Shown: piece after piece, positions 12,001 through 25,300 of the stretch
Layout of the letters: each line of letters starts with the position of its first letter
Position numbering within the stretch: the stretch's first letter is position 1
Source of the DNA: the human T2T-CHM13v2.0 reference genome, Homo sapiens
Direction: 5' to 3' (one strand)
Length of the DNA stretch: 64,000 bases
Assembly (NCBI RefSeq): GCF_009914755.1
Contig: NC_060932.1
The notes under the pieces: model-generated
Database searches by the model: none
What the model was told of the DNA's origin: nothing
What the model saw: only the letters and a program-made list of their open reading frames with translations
Program-made: the position numbers and the translations under genes

Positions 12001-12874
12001 ATGTCTTCAAAGAAAATCTAGACAGAAGCATTCTCAGAAACACCTTCGTGATGTTTGCAATCAAGTCACAGAGTTGAACCTTCCGTTTCATAGAGCAGGT
12101 TGGAAACACTCTTATTGTAGTATCTGGAAGTGGACATTTGGAGCGCTTTCAGGCCTATGGTGAAAAAGGAAATATCTTCCCATAAAAACGACATAGAAGC
12201 TATCTCAGGAACTTGTTTATGATGCATCTAATCAACTAACAGTGTTGAACCTTTGTACTGACAGAGCAGTTTGAAACACTCTTTTTTTGGAATCTGCAAG
12301 TGGATATTTGGATCGCTTTGAGGATTTCGTTGGAAACGGGATGCAATATAAAACGTACACAGCAGCATACTCAGAAAATACTTTGCCATATTTCCATTCA
12401 AGTCACAGAGTGGAACATTCCCATTCATAGAGCAGGTTTGAAACACACTTTTTGGAGTATCTGGAAGTGGACATTTGGAGCGCTTTCTGAACTATGGTGA
12501 AAAAGGAAATATCTTCCAATGAAAACAAGACAGAAGCATTCTGAGAAACTTATTTGTGATGTGTGTCCTCAACAAACGGACTTGAACCTTTCGTTTCATG
12601 CAGTACTTCTGGAACACTCTTTTTGAAGATTCTGCATGCGGATATTTGGATAGCTTTGAGGATTTCGTTGGAAACGGGCTTACATGTAAAAATTAGACAG
12701 CAGCATTCTCAGAAACTTCTTTGTGGTGTCTGCATTCAAGTCACAGAATTGAACTTCCCCTCACATAGAGCAGTTGTGCAGCACTCTATTTGTAGTATCT
12801 CGAAGTGGACATTTGGAGGGCTTTGTAGCCTATCTGGAAAAAGGAAATATCTTCCCATGAATGCGAGATAGAAG
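6095..12874 (+). repeat. 5 x 8-mer HOR
   Basis: 6196->12976 = 5 x 1356. Confidence 0.96.
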
Positions 12875-14068
12875 TAATCTCAGAAACATGTTTATGCTGT
12901 ATCTACTCAACTAACTGTGCTGAACATTTCTATTGATAGAGCAGTTTTGAGACACTCTTCTTTTGGAATCTGCAAGTGGATATTTGGATAGATTTGAGGA
13001 TTTCGTTGGAAACGGGATTATATATAAAAAGTAGACAGCAGCATTCTCAGAAACTTCTTTGTGATGTTTGCATCCAGCTCTCAGAGTTGAACATTCCCTT
13101 TCATAGAGTAGGTTTGAAACCCTCTTTTTATAGTGTCTGGAAGCGGGCATTTGGAGCGCTTTCAGGCCTATGCTTAAAATAGGAAATATCTACCTATAGA
13201 AACTAGACAGAAGCATTCTGAGAATCACGTTTGTGATGTGGGTACTCAACTAACAGTGTTGATCCATTCTTTTGATACAGCAGTTTTGAACCACACTTTT
13301 TGTAGAATCTGCAAGTGGATATTTGGATAGCTGTGAGGATTTCGTTGGAAACGGGAATGTCTTCATAGAAAATTTAGACAGAAGCATTCTCAGAACCTTG
13401 ATTGTGATGTGTGTTCTCCACTAACAGAGTTGAACCTTTCTTTTGACAGAACTGTTCTGAAACATTCTTTTTATAGAATCTGGAAGTGGATATTTGGAAA
13501 GCTTTGAGGATTTCGTTGGAAACGGGAATATCTTCAAATCAAATCTAGCCAGAAGCATTCTAAGAAACATCTTAGGGATGTTTACATTCAAGTCACAGAG
13601 TTGAACATTCCCTTTCACAGAGCAGGTTTGAAACAATCTTCTCGTACTATCTGGCAGTGGACATTTTGAGCTCCTTGGGGCCTATGCTGAAAAAGGAAAT
13701 ATCTTCCGACAAAAACTAGACAGAAGCATTCGCAGAATCACGTTTGTGATGTGTGCACTCAACTGTCAGAATTGAACCTTGGTTTGGACAGAGCACTTTT
13801 GAAACACTCTTTTTGTAGAATCTGCAGGTGGATATTTGGCTAGCTTTGAGGATTTCGTTGGAAACGGTAATGTCTTCAAAGAAAATCTAGACAGAAGCAT
13901 TCTCAGAAACAACTTCGTGATGTTTGCAATCAAGTCACAGAGTTGAACCTTCCGTTTCATAGAGCAGGTTGGAAACACTCTTTTTGTAGTATCTGGAAGT
14001 GGACATTTGGAGGGCTTTGTAGCCTATCTGGAAAAAGGAAATATCTTCCCATGAATGCGAGATAGAAG
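12875..14068 (+). repeat. 7-mer HOR, left lineage (1194 bp)
   Basis: 12976->14170; same left-lineage markers, full-length T-run. Confidence 0.95.
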
Positions 14069-17000
14069 TAATCTCAGAAACATGTTTATGCTGTATCTAC
14101 TCAACTAACTGTGCTGAACATTTCTATTGATAGAGCAGTTTTGAGACACTCTTCTTTTGGAATCTGCAAGTGGATATTTGGATAGATTTGAGGATTTCGT
14201 TGGAAACGGGATTATATATAAAAAGTAGACAGCAGCATTCTCAGAAACTTCTTTGTGATGTTTGCATCCAGCTCTCAGAGTTGAACATTCCCTTTCATAG
14301 AGTAGGTTTGAAACCCTCTTTTTATAGTGTCTGGAAGCGGGCATTTGGAGCGCTTTCAGGCCTATGCTTAAAATAGGAAATATCTACCTACAGAAACTAG
14401 ACAGAAGCATTCTGAGAATCACGTTTGTGATGTGGGTACTCAACTAACAGTGTTGATCCATTCTTTTGATACAGCAGTTTTGAACCACACTTTTTGTAGA
14501 ATCTGCAAGAGGATATTTGGATAGCTGTGAGGATTTCGTTGGAAACGGGAATGTCTTCAAAGAAAATCTAGACAGAAGCATTCTCAGAAACACCTTCGTG
14601 ATGTTTGCAATCAAGTCACAGAGTTGAACCTTCCGTTTCATAGAGCAGGTTGGAAACACTCTTATTGTAGTATCTGGAAGTGGACATTTGGAGCGCTTTC
14701 AGGCCTATGGTGAAAAAGGAAATATCTTCCCATAAAAACGACATAGAAGCTATCTCAGGAACTTGTTTATGATGCATCTAATCAACTAACAGTGTTGAAC
14801 CTTTGTACTGACAGAGCAGTTTGAAACACTCTTTTTTTGGAATCTGCAAGTGGATATTTGGATCGCTTTGAGGATTTCGTTGGAAACGGGATGCAATATA
14901 AAACATACACAGCAGCATACTCAGAAAATACTTTGCCATATTTCCATTCAAGTCACAGAGTGGAACATTCCCATTCATAGAGCAGGTTGGAAACACTCTT
15001 TTTGGAGTATCTGGAAGTGGACATTTGGAGCGCTTTCTGAACTATGGTGAAAAAGGAAATATCTTCCAATGAAAACAAGACAGAAGCATTCTGAGAAACT
15101 TATTTGTGATGTGTGTCCTCAACAAACGGACTTGAACCTTTCGTTTCATGCAGTACTTCTGGAACACTCTTTTTGAAGATTCTGCATGCGGATATTTGGA
15201 TAGCTTTGAGGATTTCGTTGGAAACGGGCTTACATGTAAAAATTAGACAGCAGCATTCTCAGAAACTTCTTTGTGGTGTCTGCATTCAAGTCACAGAATT
15301 GAACTTCCCCTCACATAGAGCAGTTGTGCAGCACTCTATTTGTAGTATCTGGAAGTGGACATTTGGAGGGCTTTGTAGCCTATCTGGAAAAAGGAAATAT
15401 CTTCCCATGAATGCGAGATAGAAGTAATCTCAGAAACATGTTTATGCTGTATCTACTCAACTAACTGTGCTGAACATTTCTATTGATAGAGCAGTTTTGA
15501 GACACTCTTCTTTTGGAATCTGCAAGTGGATATTTGGATAGATTTGAGGATTTCGTTGGAAACGGGATTATATATAAAAAGTAGACAGCAGCATTCTCAG
15601 AAACTTCTTTGTGATGTTTGCATCCAGCTCTCAGAGTTGAACATTCCCTTTCATAGAGTAGGTTTGAAACCCTCTTTTTATAGTGTCTGGAAGCGGGCAT
15701 TTGGAGCGCATTCAGGCCTATGCTTAAAATAGGAAATATCTACCTACAGAAACTAGACAGAAGCATTCTGAGAATCACGTTTGTGATGTGGGTACTCAAC
15801 TAACAGTGTTGATCCATTCTTTTGATACAGCAGTTTTGAACCACACTTTTTGTAGAATCTGCAAGAGGATATTTGGATAGCTGTGAGGATTTCGTTGGAA
15901 ACGGGAATGTCTTCAAAGAAAATCTAGACAGAAGCATTCTCAGAAACACCTTCGTGATGTTTGCAATCAAGTCACAGAGTTGAACCTTCCGTTTCATAGA
16001 GCAGGTTGGAAACACTCTTATTGTAGTGTCTGGAAGTGGACATTTGGAGCGCTTTCAGGCCTATGGTGAAAAAGGAAATATCTTCCCATAAAAACGACAT
16101 AGAAGCTATCTCAGGAACTTGTTTATGATGCATCTAATCAACTAACAGTGTTGAACCTTTCTACTGACAGAGCAGTTTGAAACACTCTTTTTTTGGAATC
16201 TGCAAGTGGATATTTGGATCGCTTTGAGGATTTCGTTGGAAACGGGATGCAATATAAAACGTACACAGCAGCATACTCAGAAAATACTTTGCCATATTTC
16301 CATTCAAGTCAGAGAGTGGAACATTCCCATTCATAGAGCAGGTTTGAAACACTCTTTTTGGAGTATCTGGAAGTGGACATTTGGAGCGCTTTCTGAACTA
16401 TGGTGAAAAAGGAAATATCTTCCAATGAAAACAAGACAGAAGCATTCTGAGAAACTTATTTGTGATGTGTGTCCTCAACAAACGGACTTGAACCTTTCGT
16501 TTCATGCAGTACTTCTGGAACACTCTTTTTGAAGATTCTGCATGCGGATATTTGGATAGCTTTGAGGATTTCTTTGGAAACGGGCTTACATGTAAAAATT
16601 AGACAGCAGCATTCTCAGAAACTTCTTTGTGGTGTCTGCATTCAAGTCACAGAATTGAACTTCCCCTCACATAGAGCAGTTGTGCAGCACTCTATTTGTA
16701 GTATCTGGAAGTGGACATTTGGAGGGCTTTGTAGCCTATCTGGAAAAAGGAAATATCTTCCCATGAATGCGAGATAGAAGTAATCTCAGAAACATGTTTA
16801 TGCTGTATCTACTCAACTAACTGTGCTGAACATTTCTATTGATAGAGCAGTTTTGAGACACTCTTCTTTTGGAATCTGCAAGTGGATATTTGGATAGATT
16901 TGAGGATTTCGTTGGAAACGGGATTATATATCAAAAGTAGACAGCAGCATTCTCAGAAACTTCTTTGTGATGTTTGCATCCAGCTCTCAGAGTTGAACAT

Positions 17001-18136
17001 TCCCTTTCATAGAGTAGGTTTGAAACCCTCTTTTTATAGTGTCTGGAAGCGGGCATTTGGAGCGCTTTCAGGCCTATGCTTAAAATAGGAAATATCTACC
17101 TACAGAAACTAGACAGAAGCATTCTGAGAATCACGTTTGTGATGTGGGTACTCAACTAACAGTGTTGATCCATTCTTTTGATACAGCAGTTTTGAACCAC
17201 ACTTTTTGTAGAATCTGCAAGAGGATATTTGGATAGCTGTGAGGATTTCGTTGGAAACGGGAATGTCTTCAAAGAAAATCTAGACAGAAGCATTCTCAGA
17301 AACACCTTCGTGATGTTTGCAATCAAGTCACAGAGTTGAACCTTCCGTTTCATAGAGCAGGTTGGAAACACTCTTATTGTAGTATCTGGAAGTGGACATT
17401 TGGAGCGCTTTCAGGCCTATGGTGAAAAAGGAAATATCTTCCCATAAAAACGACATAGAAGCTATCTCAGGAACTTGTTTATGATGCATCTAATCAACTA
17501 ACAGTGTTGAACCTTTGTACTGACAGAGCAGTTTGAAACACTCTTTTTTTGGAATCTGCAAGTGGATATTTGGATCGCTTTGAGGATTTCGTTGGAAACG
17601 GGATGCAATATAAAACGTACACAGCAGCATACTCAGAAAATACTTTGCCATATTTCCATTCAAGTCACAGAGTGGAACATTCCCATTCATAGCGCAGGTT
17701 GGAAACACTCTTTTTGGAGTATCTGGAAGTGGACATTTGGAGCGCTTTCTGAACTATGGTGAAAAAGGAAATATCTTAAAATGAAAACAAGACAGAAGCA
17801 TTCTGAGAAACTTATTTGTGATGTGTGTCCTCAACAAACGGACTTGAACCTTTCGTTTCATGCAGTACTTCTGGAACACTCTTTTTGAAGATTCTGCATG
17901 CGGATATTTGGATAGCTTTGAGGATTTCGTTGGAAACGGGCTTACATGTAAAAATTAGACAGCAGCATTCTCAGAAACTTCTTTGTGGTGTCTGCATTCA
18001 AGTCACAGAATTGAACTTCCCCTCACATAGAGCAGTTGTGCAGCACTCTATTTGTAGTATCTCGAAGTGGACATTTGGAGGGCTTTGTAGCCTATCTGGA
18101 AAAAGGAAATATCTTCCCATGAATGCGAGATAGAAG
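14069..18136 (+). repeat. 3 x 8-mer HOR
   Basis: 14170->18238 = 3 x 1356. Confidence 0.96.
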
Positions 18137-19329
18137 TAATCTCAGAAACATGTTTATGCTGTATCTACTCAACTAACTGTGCTGAACATTTCTATTGATA
18201 GAGCAGTTTTGAGACACTCTTCTTTTGGAATCTGCAAGTGGATATTTGGATAGATTTGAGGATTTCGTTGGAAACGGGATTATATATAAAAAGTAGACAG
18301 CAGCATTCTCAGAAACTTCTTTGTGATGTTTGCATCCAGCTCTCAGAGTTGAACATTCCCTTTCATAGAGTAGGTTTGAAACCCTCTTTTTATAGTGTCT
18401 GGAAGCGGGCATTTGGAGCGCTTTCAGGCCTATGCTTAAAATAGGAAATATCTACCTATAGAAACTAGACAGAAGCATTCTGAGAATCACGTTTGTGATG
18501 TGGGTACTCAACTAACAGTGTTGATCCATTCTTTTGATACAGCAGTTTTGAACCACACTTTTTGTAGAATCTGCAAGTGGATATTTGGATAGCTGTGAGG
18601 ATTTCGTTGGAAACGGGAATGTCTTCATAGAAAATTTAGACAGAAGCATTCTCAGAACCTTGATTGTGATGTGTGTTCTCCACTAACAGAGTTGAACCTT
18701 TCTTTTGACAGAACTGTTCTGAAACATTCTTTTTATAGAATCTGGAAGTGGATATTTGGAAAGCTTTGAGGATTTCGTTGGAAACGGGAATATCTTCAAA
18801 TCAAATCTAGCCAGAAGCATTCTAAGAAACATCTTAGGGATGTTTACATTCAAGTCACAGAGTTGAACATTCCCTTTCACAGAGCAGGTTTGAAACAATC
18901 TTCTCGTACTATCTGGCAGTGGACATTTTGAGCTCCTTGGGGCCTATGCTGAAATAGGAAATATCTTCCGACAAAAACTAGACAGAAGCATTCGCAGAAT
19001 CACGTTTGTGATGTGTGCACTCAACTGTCAGAATTGAACCTTGGTTTGGACAGAGCACTTTTGAAACACTCTTTTTGTAGAATCTGCAGGTGGATATTTG
19101 GCTAGCTTTGAGGATTTCGTTGGAAACGGTAATGTCTTCAAAGAAAATCTAGACAGAAGCATTCTCAGAAACAACTTCGTGATGTTTGCAATCAAGTCAC
19201 AGAGTTGAACCTTCCGTTTCATAGAGCAGGTTGGAAACACTCTTTTGTAGTATCTGGAAGTGGACATTTGGAGGGCTTTGTAGCCTATCTGGAAAAAGGA
19301 AATATCTTCCCATGAATGCGAGATAGAAG
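18137..19329 (+). repeat. 7-mer HOR, left lineage (1193 bp), copy of 4902-6094
   Basis: 18238->19431; shares the short T-run and 'gctgaaatagg' with 4902-6094. Confidence 0.95.
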
Positions 19330-22300
19330 TAATCTCAGAAACATGTTTATGCTGTATCTACTCAACTAACTGTGCTGAACATTTCTATTGATAGAGCAGT
19401 TTTGAGACACTCTTCTTTTGGAATCTGCAAGTGGATATTTGGATAGATTTGAGGATTTCGTTGGAAACGCGATTATATATAAAAAGTAGACAGCAGCATT
19501 CTCAGAAACTTCTTTGTGATGTTTGCATCCAGCTCTCAGAGTTGAGCATTCCCTTTCATAGAGTAGGTTTGAAACCCTCTTTTTATAGTGTCTGGAAGCG
19601 GGCATTTGGAGCGCTTTCAGGCCTATGCTTAAAATAGGAAATATCTACCTACAGAAACTAGACAGAAGCATTCTGAGAATCACGTTTGTGATGTGGGTAC
19701 TCAACTAACAGTGTTGATCCATTCTTTTGATACAGCAGTTTTGAACCACACTTTTTGTAGAATCTGCAAGTGGATATTTGGATAGCTGTGAGGATTTCGT
19801 TGGAAACGGGAATGTCTTCAAAGAAAATCTAGACAGAAGCATTCTCAGAAACACCTTCGTGATGTTTGCAATCAAGTCACAGAGTTGAACCTTCCGTTTC
19901 GTAGAGCAGGTTGGAAACACTCTTATTGTAGTATCTGGAAGTGGACATTTGGAGCGCTTTCAGGCCTATGGTGAAAAAGGAAATATCTTCCCATAAAAAC
20001 GACATAGAAGCTATCTCAGGAACTTGTTTCTGATGCATCTAATCAACTAACAGTGTTGAACCTTTGTACTGACAGAGCACTTTGAAACACTCTTTTTTTG
20101 GAATCTGCAAGTGGATATTTGGATCGCTTTGAGGATTTCGTTGGAAACGGGATGCAATATAAAACGTACACAGCAGCATACTCAGAAAATACTTTGCCAT
20201 ATTTCCATTCAAGTCACAGAGTGGAACATTCCCATTCATAGAGCAGGTTGGAAACACTCTTTTTGGAGTATCTGGAAGTGGACATTTGGAGCGCTTTCTG
20301 AACTATGGTGAAAAAGGAAATATCTTCCAATGAAAACAAGACAGAAGCATTCTGAGAAACTTATTTGTGATGTGTGTCCTCAACAAACGGACTTGAACCT
20401 TTCGTTTCATGCAGTACTTCTGGAACACTCTTTTTGAAGATTCTGCATGCGGATATTTGGATAGCTTTGAGGATTTCGTTGGAAACGGGCTTACATGTAA
20501 AAATTAGACAGCAGCATTCTCAGAAACTTCTTTGTGGTGTCTGCATTCAAGTCACAGAATTGAACTTCCCCTCACATAGAGCAGTTGTGCAGCACTCTAT
20601 TTGTAGTATCTGGAAGTGGACATTTGGAGGGCTTTGTAGCCTATCTGGAAAAAGGAAATATCTTCCCATGAATGCGAGATAGAAGTAATCTCAGAAACAT
20701 GTTTATGCTGTATCTACTCAACTAACTGTGCTGAACATTTCTATTGATAGAGCAGTTTTGAGACACTCTTCTTTTGGAATCTGCAAGTGGATATTTGGAT
20801 AGATTTGAGGATTTCGTTGGAAACGGGATTATATATCAAAAGTAGACAGCAGCATTCTCAGAAACTTCTTTGTGATGTTTGCATCCAGCTCTCAGAGTTG
20901 AACATTCCCTTTCATAGAGTAGGTTTGAAACCCTCTTTTTATAGTGTCTGGAAGCGGGCATTTGGAGCGCTTTCAGGCCTATGCTTAAAATAGGAAATAT
21001 CTACCTACAGAAACTAGACAGAAGCATTCTGAGAATCACGTTTGTGATGTGGGTACTCAACTAACAGTGTTGATCCATTCTTTTGATACAGCAGTTTTGA
21101 ACCACACTTTTTGTAGAATCTGCAAGAGGATATTTGGATAGCTGTGAGGATTTCGTTGGAAACGGGAATGTCTTCAAAGAAAATCTAGACAGAAGCATTC
21201 TCAGAAACACCTTCGTGATGTTTGCAATCAAGTCACAGAGTTGAACCTTCCGTTTCATAGAGCAGGTTGGAAACACTCTTATTGTAGTATCTGGAAGTGG
21301 ACATTTGGAGCGCTTTCAGGCCTATGGTGAAAAAGGAAATATCTTCCCATAAAAACGACATCGAAGCTATCTCAGGAACTTGTTTATGATGCATCTAATC
21401 AACTAACAGTGTTGAACCTTTGTACTGACAGAGCAGTTTGAAACACTCTTTTTTTGGAATCTGCAAGTGGATATTTGGATCGCTTTGAGGATTTCGTTGG
21501 AAACGGGATGCAATATAAAACGTACACAGCAGCATACTCAGAAAATACTTTGCCATATTTCCATTCAAGTCACAGAGTGGAACATTCCCATTCATAGAGC
21601 AGGTTTGAAACACTCTTTTTGGAGTATCTGGAAGTGGACATTTGGAGCGCTTTCTGAACTATGGTGAAAAAGGAAATATCTTCCAATGAAAACAAGACAG
21701 AAGCATTCTGAGAAACTTATTTGTGATGTGTGTCCTCAACAAACGGACTTGAACCTTTCGTTTCATGCAGTACTTCTGGAACACTCTTTTTGAAGATTCT
21801 GCATGCGGATATTTGGATAGCTTTGAGGATTTCGTTGGAAACGGGCTTATATGTAAAAATTAGACAGCAGCATTCTCAGAAACTTCTTTGTGGTGTCTGC
21901 ATTCAAGTCACAGAATTGAACTTCCCCTCACATAGAGCAGTTGTGCAGCACTCTATTTGTAGTATCTGGAAGTGGACATTTGGAGGGCTTTGTAGCCTAT
22001 CTGGAAAAAGGAAATATCTTCCCATGAATGCGAGATAGAAGTAATCTCAGAAACATGTTTATGCTGTATCTACTCAACTAACTGTGCTGAACATTTCTAT
22101 TGATAGAGCAGTTTTGAGACACTCTTCTTTTGGAATCTGCAAGTGGATATTTGGATAGATTTGAGGATTTCGTTGGAAACGGGATTATATATCAAAAGTA
22201 GACAGCAGCATTCTCAGAAACTTCTTTGTGATGTTTGCATCCAGCTCTCAGAGTTGAACATTCCCTTTCATAGAGTAGGTTTGAAACCCTCTTTTTATAG

Positions 22301-25300
22301 TGTCTGGAAGCGGGCATTTGGAGCGCTTTCAGGCCTATGCTTAAAATAGGAAATATCTACCTACAGAAACTAGACAGAAGCATTCTGAGAATCACGTTTG
22401 TGATGTGGGTACTCAACTAACAGTGTTGATCCATTCTTTTGATACAGCAGTTTTGAACCACACTTTTTGTAGAATCTGCAAGAGGATATTTGGATAGCTG
22501 TGAGGATTTCGTTGGAAACGGGAATGTCTTCAAAGAAAATCTAGACAGAAGCATTCTCAGAAACACCTTCGTGATGTTTGCAATCAAGTCACAGAGTTGA
22601 ACCTTCCGTTTCATAGAGCAGGTTGGAAACACTCTTATTGTAGTATCTGGAAGTGGACATTTGGAGCGCTTTCAGGCCTATGGTGAAAAAGGAAATATCT
22701 TCCCATAAAAACGACATAGAAGCTATCTCAGGAACTTGTTTATGATGCATCTAATCAACTAACAGTGTTGAACCTTTGTACTGACAGAGCAGTTTGAAAC
22801 ACTCTTTTTTTGGAATCTGCAAGTGGATATTTGGATCGCTTTGAGGATTTCGTTGGAAACGGGATGCAATATAAAACGTACACAGCAGCATACTCAGAAA
22901 ATACTTTGCCATATTTCCATTCAAGTCACAGAGTGGAACATTCCCATTCATAGAGCAGGTTTGAAACACTCTTTTTGGAGTATCTGGAAGTGGACATTTG
23001 GAGCGCTTTCTGAACTATGGTGAAAAAGGAAATATCTTCCAATGAAAACAAGACAGAAGCATTCTGAGAAACTTATTTGTGATGTGTGTCCTCAACAAAC
23101 GGACTTGAACCTTTCGTTTCATGCAGTACTTCTGGAACACTCTTTTTGAAGATTCTGCATGCGGATATTTGGATAGCTTTGAGGATTTCGTTGGAAACGG
23201 GCTTACATGTAAAAATTAGACAGCAGCATTCTCAGAAACTTCTTTGTGGTGTCTGCATTCAAGTCACAGAATTGAACTTCCCCTCACATAGAGCAGTTGT
23301 GCAGCACTCTATTTGTAGTATCTGGAAGTGGACATTTGGAGGGCTTTGTAGCCTATCTGGAAAAAGGAAATATCTTCCCATGAATGCGAGATAGAAGTAA
23401 TCTCAGAAACATGTTTATGCTGTATCTACTCAACTAACTGTGCTGAACATTTCTATTGATAGAGCAGTTTTGAGACACTCTTCTTTTGGAATCTGCAAGT
23501 GGATATTTGGATAGATTTGAGGATTTCGTTGGAAACGGGATTATATATAAAAAGTAGACAGCAGCATTCTCAGAAACTTCTTTGTGATGTTTGCATCCAG
23601 CTCTCAGAGTTGAACATTCCCTTTCATAGAGTAGGTTTGAAACCCTCTTTTTATAGTGTCTGGAAGCGGGCATTTGGAGCGCTTTCAGGCCTATGCTTAA
23701 AATAGGAAATATCTACCTACAGAAACTAGACAGAAGCATTCTGAGAATCACGTTTGTGATGTGGGTACTCAACTAACAGTGTTGATCCATTCTTTTGATA
23801 CAGCAGTTTTGAACCACACTTTTTGTAGAATCTGCAAGAGGATATTTGGATAGCTGTGAGGATTTCGTTGGAAACGGGAATGTCTTCAAAGAAAATCTAG
23901 ACAGAAGCATTCTCAGAAACACCTTCGTGATGTTTGCAATCAAGTCACAGAGTTGAACCTTCCGTTTCATAGAGCAGGTTGGAAACACTCTTATTGTAGT
24001 ATCTGGAAGTGGACATTTGGAGCGCTTTCAGGCCTATGGTGAAAAAGGAAATATCTTCCCATAAAAACGACATAGAAGCTATCTCAGGAACTTGTTTATG
24101 ATGCATCTAATCAACTAACAGTGTTGAACCTTTGTACTGACAGAGCAGTTTGAAACACTCTTTTTTTGGAATCTGCAAGTGGATATTTGGATCGCTTTGA
24201 GGATTTCGTTGGAAACGGGATGCAATATAAAACGTACACAGCAGCATACTCAGAAAATACTTTGCCATATTTCCATTCAAGTCAGAGAGTGGAACATTCC
24301 CATTCATAGAGCAGGTTTGAAACACTCTTTTTGGAGTATCTGGAAGTGGACATTTGGAGCGCTTTCTGAACTATGGTGAAAAAGGAAATATCTTCCAATG
24401 AAAACAAGACAGAAGCATTCTGAGAAACTTATTTGTGATGTGTGTCCTCAACAAACGGACTTGAACCTTTCGTTTCATGCAGTACTTCTGGAACACTCTT
24501 TTTGAAGATTCTGCATGCGGATATTTGGATAGCTTTGAGGATTTCGTTGGAAACGGGCTTACATGTAAAAATTAGACAGCAGCATTCTCAGAAACTTCTT
24601 TGTGGTGTCTGCATTCAAGTCACAGAATTGAACTTCCCCTCACATAGAGCAGTTGTGCAGCACTCTATTTGTAGTATCTGGAAGTGGACATTTGGAGGGC
24701 TTTGTAGCCTATCTGGAAAAAGGAAATATCTTCCCATGAATGCGAGATAGAAGTAATCTCAGAAACATGTTTATGCTGTATCTACTCAACTAACTGTGCT
24801 GAACATTTCTATTGATAGAGCAGTTTTGAGACACTCTTCTTTTGGAATCTGCAAGTGGATATTTGGATAGATTTGAGGATTTCGTTGGAAACGGGATTAT
24901 ATATCAAAAGTAGACAGCAGCATTCTCAGAAACTTCTTTGTGATGTTTGCATCCAGCTCTCAGAGTTGAACATTCCCTTTCATAGAGTAGGTTTGAAACC
25001 CTCTTTTTATAGTGTCTGGAAGCGGGCATTTGGAGCGCTTTCAGGCCTATGCTTAAAATAGGAAATATCTACCTACAGAAACTAGACAGAAGCATTCTGA
25101 GAATCACGTTTGTGATGTGGGTACTCAACTAACAGTGTTGATCCATTCTTTTGATACAGCAGTTTTGAACCACACTTTTTGTAGAATCTGCAAGAGGATA
25201 TTTGGATAGCTGTGAGGATTTCGTTGGAAACGGGAATGTCTTCAAAGAAAATCTAGACAGAAGCATTCTCAGAAACACCTTCGTGATGTTTGCAATCAAG

